Source: Minutocellus sp. GHC0000111 (lineage: Eukaryota). Taken from it: a stretch of 64,000 bases of DNA. Where the stretch lies: the NCBI GenBank assembly GCA_977018835.1, contig OZ361259.1, positions 3,968,001 through 4,032,000 of the forward strand, read 5' to 3'. The notes beneath the pieces are model-generated. The model saw nothing but the letters and a program-made list of their open reading frames with translations. It had not been told where the DNA came from and made no database searches. Position numbers and translations under genes: made by a program. Position 1 is the first letter of the stretch; each line of letters starts with the position of its first letter. This document shows, piece after piece, positions 57,475 through 64,000 of the stretch.

Positions 57475-57676
57475 CGTCATTCGACGATGATAACGGGAAG
57501 GAACCAGGAGTTGTTCTGACAACACTGCTGGTTGAAAAATGAAGTTGATGAGCAGAAGGCGCGGCGACCGAAGTGGATGGGCTGATGAACGCCGACGCAA
57601 ATGGTGAGCTACTGGCATAAGCGGCAGCTGCCGCCGTAGCGAGGAAGCGTTTGCTGTGCATGGCAGCGATGGCCAT
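57305..57676 (-). pseudogene. 5' fragment of a plastid-targeted S1/OB-fold-like protein
   Basis: ASA-FISP presequence, then DKIQVEVVRFGKLGASVEVI (S1-like first strands); protein-like character stops near 57383. Confidence 0.55.
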
Positions 57677-57796
57677 CTCGAAGAGTGGCGTGAGGCTGTG
57701 AGATGAGCATGCATTGTGGGGCGCCGTTGCCAGAGTTGCCAGAGGCCGTGCGGCCAGAGAGAGAGCGAGAGGCGAGGAGCAGCGAGCAGATACGTA

Positions 57797-60111
57797 CGAA
57801 GTCCGTTTCGCGAGAAATCGAGCGCAGGGTCGGCACCAAAACAGCGTCTTTTTGGGCCCGCAACCGCCTGAATCTTAGATCTACCGGCATTGAATACATG
57901 TACAATGCAAAGTACATGTACCTAGGTATTGCAGCAGCTAGTATCCAGATCTACAATCCAATCTAGTATTATTAAACACAATATAACTTAAAAGCACCGC
58001 AGGACTAATTATCCATGGTTGGATCAGCAGGAGGAGGAGCGATAATTTTCCCATCTATCCGAACCATGCCATTTTCAGTCGGCCTGAAATCCTTTCGCAC
58101 CCCAACATGAATGCCTTCACCGTTTCCAAGAAAATCATTGTTGCCTTTTGCAACGATTACCTTCTTTGCAATTCTATGAGCCTGGATGTATGCCGATGCG
58201 ATCTTCCAGTTTTCCAGCCCCATCCAAACTTCCTCCGCTGCATCCCAAGTCTGATCCTCTGTCAAAACCTTCAGCCCCTCCCGATCGCGGCACACCATTG
58301 TATGCTGCTTTGACATGCAAGGGAAAACAGACAGATCAAGAACATTCATATGGGGCATTTGCGGGGCCTGAGGTTCCCAACGCCATCCCTTGTCCCGACA
58401 GTATCCTTCCACATATTCCACAAATTCAGTCTCGGCATGGGGCCCAGCATTGTCGCCCTGGAAAATAGGGACATAGCCTTCAAACTTTCCGCCAGGTCCG
58501 ACCAAAGCCTCAATATCCGGAAATATCTTGTTCTCAAACAAAGCTTTCAGTGGGAACTTGGGATTATCAAGGGTGCCATGGCTGCATCCAGTCACCGCGC
58601 AATCCACAAGGTATAGATCGTCTTTCTTCCGAACCACCGGGCCGCAATATTTGATTCTACCATCTGCCTGCCGCACCGCCTCCCTTACCATCTGCCTCGC
58701 AATTTTATGCGCCTGAGCCCAAAAAAGTCCAAGCTTGAACGCAATGCCGCCATTCTCAATGCTGTCAATAAAAGCCAAGGCAGTGACAGCCACCAACATG
58801 CACTTGTTGTTGATGTGATTTCGGTGATATGCCGAGAAGGACCGAGGATCAATACCCAATTCTGCAACTTGCTTGGCATACGATCGAAGAACCAAGCCCC
58901 AAAACCACTTCTCATCGAACATAACAAGGAGAAACTTGCCACCGCCGAGCCCCCAATTGTTTCGGAATTTCCGCGCAAATGCCAAATGTTTCTCCATCTG
59001 ATGTGTAGTAAGGAGAGGGATGATCCTTTCGGCATAGTACCGGAACCCTTCCCGCGACATTATCCACCGCCGTATTGCCGAGTAGGAACACCAAAAGTTG
59101 ACATCCACCTCCAGCTCCCGCCAAGATTCCCGAGGATTTCGTATCAGAGCATCAACAATAACATCTCGAATGTATGGCTGCATAGCCAGATGAGATCTCC
59201 TCTTCATCTCCCACATCGCCTTCTCAGATGCAGGTAGAGCACCATACGCCTTCATCCATCCCGAAAATCGTGCACCATGCTCTGCGCTGGACAGCACCGA
59301 ATAGTCCACCTTTGCCTGCTCCCTGCACTTGGCAATTGCAAAGAGACATGGTGCAGTATACCGCCGGGTCGCCGTTACAAGATCGTCGATGACAGAACGG
59401 AAGGCGGCCGAATCAGATGAATCATCGGCACTCGTTGGGAAGCAGTATACCGGTCCAAGTATGCCGATCGCGTCATCGAAATGCTCAGCTTCGACTTCCG
59501 CCCGAGACACAAATGGATTGAACACATGCTCACCGCTGTCTTGGCCATCATCATTGACCAGGAGAAAACTCTCAAGATTGACGGGCCCGAGGATTTTGAG
59601 AAGCACATGCTCCTCAATGTCGTCAGTCGACTCGTCTGCCGGGCGATAAGGGCCGAGAACATGCCCCTCGACATGGATGATGTCGTGGCAATAACTGAAT
59701 CGGTGTACGACAAGGCCGCGGAGATGTTCCACTCCTCAGTTACCTTCATCTACAAGTTCAACGGCGTGAAGCGGGAGCTAAAGAAGCTCAAACTCATCCC
59801 GGATTGGCTGTGGTGCGAGATCCGGGACGAATGCATCGTACTGCCGATCCGAGGCGAGTATCATGCCATCGTTCAAGATGAAGACGAGATGGAGGCCGAA
59901 CCGTCGCGTCGCACGAACGCGTCCATTTGATTAGAGCCGCTGAAATCTAAAGTCTTATCCGAATTATTGTTTCACATGAAGATAAATGAAAATTAGAGTA
60001 AAAATAGCCATTTTCTTAAATATTTCAGCATGACTATTCTTCGAGGCGCTTTTCAATCCCCTCGAAAGCAGTCAAAAACCGGGCGCTCGATTTCTCGCGA
60101 ATCTGACCTCG
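57797..60111 (-). mobile_element. Tc1/mariner DD38D-type DNA transposon (2315 bp)
   Basis: 29-bp TIRs CGAAGTCCGTTTCGCGAGAAATCGAGCGC (57797..57825) / 60083..60111, 3 mismatches; TA on both sides; the empty site would be the palindrome ACGTACGT. Confidence 0.92.
58005..59732 (-). CDS. DD38D transposase with HMG-box-like and HTH-like N-terminal segments; start uncertain
   Basis: MFDEKWF, QGDNAGPH, PHMNVLDLSVF; 38 residues between the second and third Asp; listed start is GTG. Confidence 0.85.
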   Translation of the reverse strand: MEHLRGLVVHRFSYCHDIIHVEGHVLGPYRPADESTDDIEEHVLLKILGPVNLESFLLVNDDGQDSGEHVFNPFVSRAEVEAEHFDDAIGILGPVYCFPTSADDSSDSAAFRSVIDDLVTATRRYTAPCLFAIAKCREQAKVDYSVLSSAEHGARFSGWMKAYGALPASEKAMWEMKRRSHLAMQPYIRDVIVDALIRNPRESWRELEVDVNFWCSYSAIRRWIMSREGFRYYAERIIPLLTTHQMEKHLAFARKFRNNWGLGGGKFLLVMFDEKWFWGLVLRSYAKQVAELGIDPRSFSAYHRNHINNKCMLVAVTALAFIDSIENGGIAFKLGLFWAQAHKIARQMVREAVRQADGRIKYCGPVVRKKDDLYLVDCAVTGCSHGTLDNPKFPLKALFENKIFPDIEALVGPGGKFEGYVPIFQGDNAGPHAETEFVEYVEGYCRDKGWRWEPQAPQMPHMNVLDLSVFPCMSKQHTMVCRDREGLKVLTEDQTWDAAEEVWMGLENWKIASAYIQAHRIAKKVIVAKGNNDFLGNGEGIHVGVRKDFRPTENGMVRIDGKIIAPPPADPTMDN

Positions 60112-60531
60112 TACGTCAAACGGACAGACGGACAGGTCGTTTTATTTTATTTCCCGATCCCGACACTCCTCAACCGAATTTTCCCCTGTATGTAGCCTCA
60201 ACTCTTAAATTAGAGGAGTAATTATCAACGATCCCGACACCGACACCGACACAATAGCCCGCCCTATAAAAACACCTCTTGCCATTCGGCGAGGTGTGGG
60301 GCGCCCGCAGTGTGGAAGCGAAATCGAGGCAAACAAGACGGCAACCAGCAGCACCATTGCTTCATCGGCGCCGATTCTATCCAGGACCGGTCCTCATAGA
60401 TAAGGCGGCGAGACAGATATTTTCTATTTTGAGTGGGCTCGGCGGCTCGGCTGGGACAGCAAGGCCCTGCTGTTGCCCTGTGGGGAGGGGAGAGTTTTGT
60501 AGCACAGTAACTCAGTAATAACTGATCGATC

Positions 60532-61833
60532 ATGGCCCTCTCGGACACACTCCGAGAAAATTTGGGCAAGAACGCGACGCGCTACGAGCTGCTCTCGGCA
60601 GCCCCATCGCCTCAAACGCAACAAGTGATATGGATAACATGGAGCGCCCTCGCCGGCGTCGTCGGGATCCTCACCCTAATTTTCTTTCTCAGCATCTTGT
60701 CGTCTCCCAAGGCCCATGGTCGCTCCTTTAACGTTTATGTTCTTTTCATAACGTTCCCCGATATGTTCTTTTCGATAGCCTGCTCGGTGACCTGTGGGCT
60801 CAATGCAGCGGCCGGTCGATATTATTCGGAAAGAGGATGCTCGTTCCAGACCTTTTATACCATTTTTGCATTCGCGGGCAATGCCTGGCTCAATGCGGTC
60901 ATTTGCCGCCAGGTGCACATCATGCTGCGCAGCTCGTACCAGAGGAAGCGGTACAAGCCACCTCCGATCAAGGTAGTCTGTGGTCATGCCGCGGCCGTGT
61001 ATTGCTACGCGGCCTTCATCGCCTCCATGACACTGTGGGGTACCTCGGTACTTCGCCACTCAGACGCACGGGGTTTGGCATGTCTCCCCGTCGAGCACGA
61101 AGTCCGATCGTCACTATTTTTCTGGCTGTTCTACTTTTGGTTTCTCATTGGCATACCTCTAGTGTATGTGACATACGTTCTATTCGATGTTAAGCGTCGC
61201 GGATTGCTCCCGCCGGGTGGGAGAACTCGTTCGGTCGCCCTTTTCTTTGCTCGAATTACAATCGTGTTTGTGGTGATGTGGTTTCCTACGATGGTTGCAA
61301 TCTACATGGCAAATCGAATGACAGGGGTGTGGTTTGGATTCATCGGTGGCATCTGGTCTCACTTACAGCCAATTGTTTCGGCAGGCGTTGCCTGCATGAA
61401 AGGGGATATCAAAGAGGCAGTCTATAATTTTACCACGTGCCGCTGGTGCAATGCAGAGGGTCAGATAGACACAACGGCGGACGGCAGCGACGACGATGCC
61501 GACGAAGAGGGCAGGCACAAGCCCCAATCACCCCACACCAATATTGCAAATGCTTCTCGCGGGAGAACGAACAGATCGAGACGATCAAGTGTTTTCAACT
61601 CATTCTTGAGTTGGAAGACCAACCGTGGCAGTATGGCAAACGCCAGTGGTACTAGCACTCCAAGAAAGGCGTCGATGCCGCCGATATCCTCAAGCGGAAT
61701 GACATCTGAAGCAGATGGATCTCGGCCTGGTGTTGTGGATGAGGCTGCCTTTATCCACGAAGAGAACGCAAAGGTTGAAAGAGAAGTCGAAGAGGAAGAA
61801 GGCTCTCTGTACGTAAATAATAGTAGTGTGTAG
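60532..61833 (+). CDS. Seven-transmembrane GPCR-like receptor
   Basis: Seven hydrophobic helices, FNVYVLFITFPD, TM3 Cys (GCSFQ), ECL2 Cys (GLACLP), VMWFP, Ser/Arg-rich tail. Confidence 0.8.
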   Translation: MALSDTLRENLGKNATRYELLSAAPSPQTQQVIWITWSALAGVVGILTLIFFLSILSSPKAHGRSFNVYVLFITFPDMFFSIACSVTCGLNAAAGRYYSERGCSFQTFYTIFAFAGNAWLNAVICRQVHIMLRSSYQRKRYKPPPIKVVCGHAAAVYCYAAFIASMTLWGTSVLRHSDARGLACLPVEHEVRSSLFFWLFYFWFLIGIPLVYVTYVLFDVKRRGLLPPGGRTRSVALFFARITIVFVVMWFPTMVAIYMANRMTGVWFGFIGGIWSHLQPIVSAGVACMKGDIKEAVYNFTTCRWCNAEGQIDTTADGSDDDADEEGRHKPQSPHTNIANASRGRTNRSRRSSVFNSFLSWKTNRGSMANASGTSTPRKASMPPISSSGMTSEADGSRPGVVDEAAFIHEENAKVEREVEEEEGSLYVNNSSV

Positions 61834-62098
61834 AATAATTGGTGCCTACAGGCGTTATCAATTGGGTGGCAGCGGTCGAGTTGTGCTCTGCTTGCTTGGC
61901 GGTAATCTATTACATCGATGGGTCAGCTGGGATAGTGGGCCTGCTTGGTTGAGCTTTGCCCCCAGCAGGATGGTCTGTTCGTCGTTGGTAGTTCGCTGGG
62001 ATTTGACCGTTGGTCTTTGTAGCAACGATCACCTAACTCGCCTACTAGTGACATTCATTGCTGATTTATAGAATAATGTATATTGTTTGAGCAGCTCT

Positions 62099-63274
62099 CT
62101 ACGCCAACTGACCCGAGGAACGCTGCAATTTCGGGTCTTTCTTGAACAATCGCTGATGGGGCTTCGGAAATTTGCTCCGCAATTCTTCCATAAGAACATT
62201 CTGCCTTCGAAATTTAGCCTCCAAATACTCCTGGCACGATGTTTCCTCCAATGAGCGAAATTCCGTCATGGCTCTTCGTACATCCCCCTTCTGATATTGC
62301 GTTGTATTGCCATAGCCCGTATCGAACGACTGCTGGGCCTGGGCCTTCTTCTTTCGTCCATTGAGCAATTCAGGACTCGGGGGACACTCGGAAAAGGGTT
62401 GAGGATTATGGGAGTCTCGATATCGAGCATGAAGGACTCGATCTCCACACAGCAAAGTATTTTCGTCGAAGACGCTTTCCTCAATCAAAGTAGGCATGGA
62501 CATGGAACGTATGTGCGACAATGATTGGCTACGTGGGTGCCTTTGGCTTGGAATCGCAACGCCAGATAAGCTATTGCCGCTGTTATACTGCTGCAACGAC
62601 TGGCTACGGACGTGCATATTCATATGCTGCATCGAATTACTTCTTGGATATCTTTGTCCTTCTGGCAACACAACGTATCGTTCGCCATTTTCCTTTTCTT
62701 CATCGTTTTGACAATCCTCAATAATTTCCTTTACATCCAGTGATTCATCCATATCCATAACATCTAGTATTGGCGCTTCGTCACAAGGAAATGGCGCTGC
62801 CGCCGCTGCTGCCTGCGGTGGAACCCTCGTATCGGCATGCTGCTCAAACTCATCCTCAAGTTGTCTTCTTGCTTCCTCCTCCTTGGACGCCCCCTCCTCT
62901 TCCTCCACGTCTGGCTCTGAACCACCACGACGAAAAACAAAAGAGCGAGACAAAGCAAAGAGGTTAGGGATGCAGCCAATAAGGCGTCCAAAGAAGTGAA
63001 TTGTTGAGTTGAGCGCCAAGGCGAGGCGACGACGAGCCGCCTCCACATGAAAGTGGCGCTGTTGTTCTAACCTTTTCCGCTTGCGATCTGGAGTCAGATA
63101 GACTACCGAGTCAGTAAACGAGCGATCGCGAGCGGAGCAGGTATTGGCGGCAGTAGCAGTATTGACTACGCCTGTATTGTCTGTAAGGCACGTATCGAAA
63201 CTTGCGTCCAGCATCAAGATGTCTGTATCGTCCGCCATGGGATCGACTTCACGATGTAGAAGTGGATCAAACAT
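62099..63274 (-). CDS. Hypothetical protein
   Basis: 391-aa ATG-initiated ORF, largely disordered, repeated HxRSxS motifs. Confidence 0.7.
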   Translation of the reverse strand: MFDPLLHREVDPMADDTDILMLDASFDTCLTDNTGVVNTATAANTCSARDRSFTDSVVYLTPDRKRKRLEQQRHFHVEAARRRLALALNSTIHFFGRLIGCIPNLFALSRSFVFRRGGSEPDVEEEEGASKEEEARRQLEDEFEQHADTRVPPQAAAAAAPFPCDEAPILDVMDMDESLDVKEIIEDCQNDEEKENGERYVVLPEGQRYPRSNSMQHMNMHVRSQSLQQYNSGNSLSGVAIPSQRHPRSQSLSHIRSMSMPTLIEESVFDENTLLCGDRVLHARYRDSHNPQPFSECPPSPELLNGRKKKAQAQQSFDTGYGNTTQYQKGDVRRAMTEFRSLEETSCQEYLEAKFRRQNVLMEELRSKFPKPHQRLFKKDPKLQRSSGQLA

Positions 63275-63672
63275 TGGGGCTACTTTACCGGCTAGCTAGA
63301 GCTACTGCTTTTGGGATAGGCTGATGCGGCCAAGCGCATTATGGTCTTGTCTTCAGATGCGGCCGCTGGCATGGTCACGCGTGTGGTGATGGTGGTGAGC
63401 CGAGTTGGGTTCGTTGACACCTCGCGGTCTTCGCATCCAGCCGCGGCCCCGCGCTTACTAGCTAGGCCTAGTACGCTTCGGCGCTTTGCGATTGCGCGGT
63501 TGATGTTGCCATCATCATTACGTCATCGAAACTCTCTTCCGCACCGTCAAAATAAAATAATACCGGTAAATGAAGTCAAGCAAGCGCAGAAGCTAAAAAG
63601 CTACCGCATATGGAGACGCCCGTACAGGCATGATTATGAAGGTCTAAGTTACCGCTAAGCTCCAAGAGGCTC

Positions 63673-64000
63673 CTATTCAGATTCATCCTCTTCTATCCTG
63701 TTCTCATTTGCCTCTCCATTTCCTTCCCTTCCCTCCTCTTCCCCCTCCTCATCAGCGTCGTCATCTTCATCGTCATTGTTGTTGCCGCCGTCACCGCTGT
63801 TCACTGTAAAATTCCGAGGAGCATTGCACAAAGGAAAGATCTGCTGGCTCTCGGAATGCAGCATGTCCAAGAAACATCGTTTGCCCTGCAACCACTGTTC
63901 CACCTCGTCAAAGTTGGATATGCTCAGCCGCAAATCTTCGCTCGTGACCTTGGCCGTCTTGACGTGGCTGGACCAATCAAACGACGACAACGGCCAACCC
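63673..64000 (-). CDS. 3' end of a gene extending beyond the window
   Basis: Open frame from the window edge ending in an acidic tail. Confidence 0.6.
   Translation of the reverse strand, partial: GWPLSSFDWSSHVKTAKVTSEDLRLSISNFDEVEQWLQGKRCFLDMLHSESQQIFPLCNAPRNFTVNSGDGGNNNDDEDDDADEEGEEEGREGNGEANENRIEEDESE

Noticed and set aside
56924..60208. TTAAGAG / CTCTTAA inverted match as a piggyBac-like outer element
   Set aside because: Only 7 bp and lacks the CC...GG termini expected; chance match likely.
1..64000. tRNA or rRNA genes
   Set aside because: None recognised by eye; a covariance-model scan would be needed to exclude them.

Overview
Gene-dense eukaryotic nuclear DNA, most likely from a diatom (bipartite plastid-targeting presequences, short GT-AG introns, a silaffin-like gene). 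About 30 host genes are visible, including kinesin, a Zn2Cys6 transcription factor, XPG/Rad2, a family II pyrophosphatase, a GT32 glycosyltransferase, an aldo/keto reductase, a 7TM receptor and a CENP-N-like gene. Several are broken by single-base losses in homopolymer runs that look like consensus errors. The main interest is the transposon landscape. (1) Two near-identical ~3.4 kb Tc1/mariner DD39D elements lie in inverted orientation around 4.4 kb of host genes. (2) All 18 substitutions I found between the two copies are transitions and 15 fit TpA->CpA/TpG, with Tyr->His/Cys changes in the transposase, a TA target duplication read as TG, and TpA-free neighbouring DNA. This suggests a repeat-directed TpA (A-to-G) hypermutation process running opposite to fungal RIP. 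(3) Arrays of TA-NN-TA units next to element ends match stacked Tc1/mariner excision footprints. Also present: a DD38D element with an HMG-box-like segment, a 175-bp hairpin, and a spliced RXL/pentalysine silaffin-like gene missed by the ORF track. All assignments come from reading motifs by eye; no searches were run.
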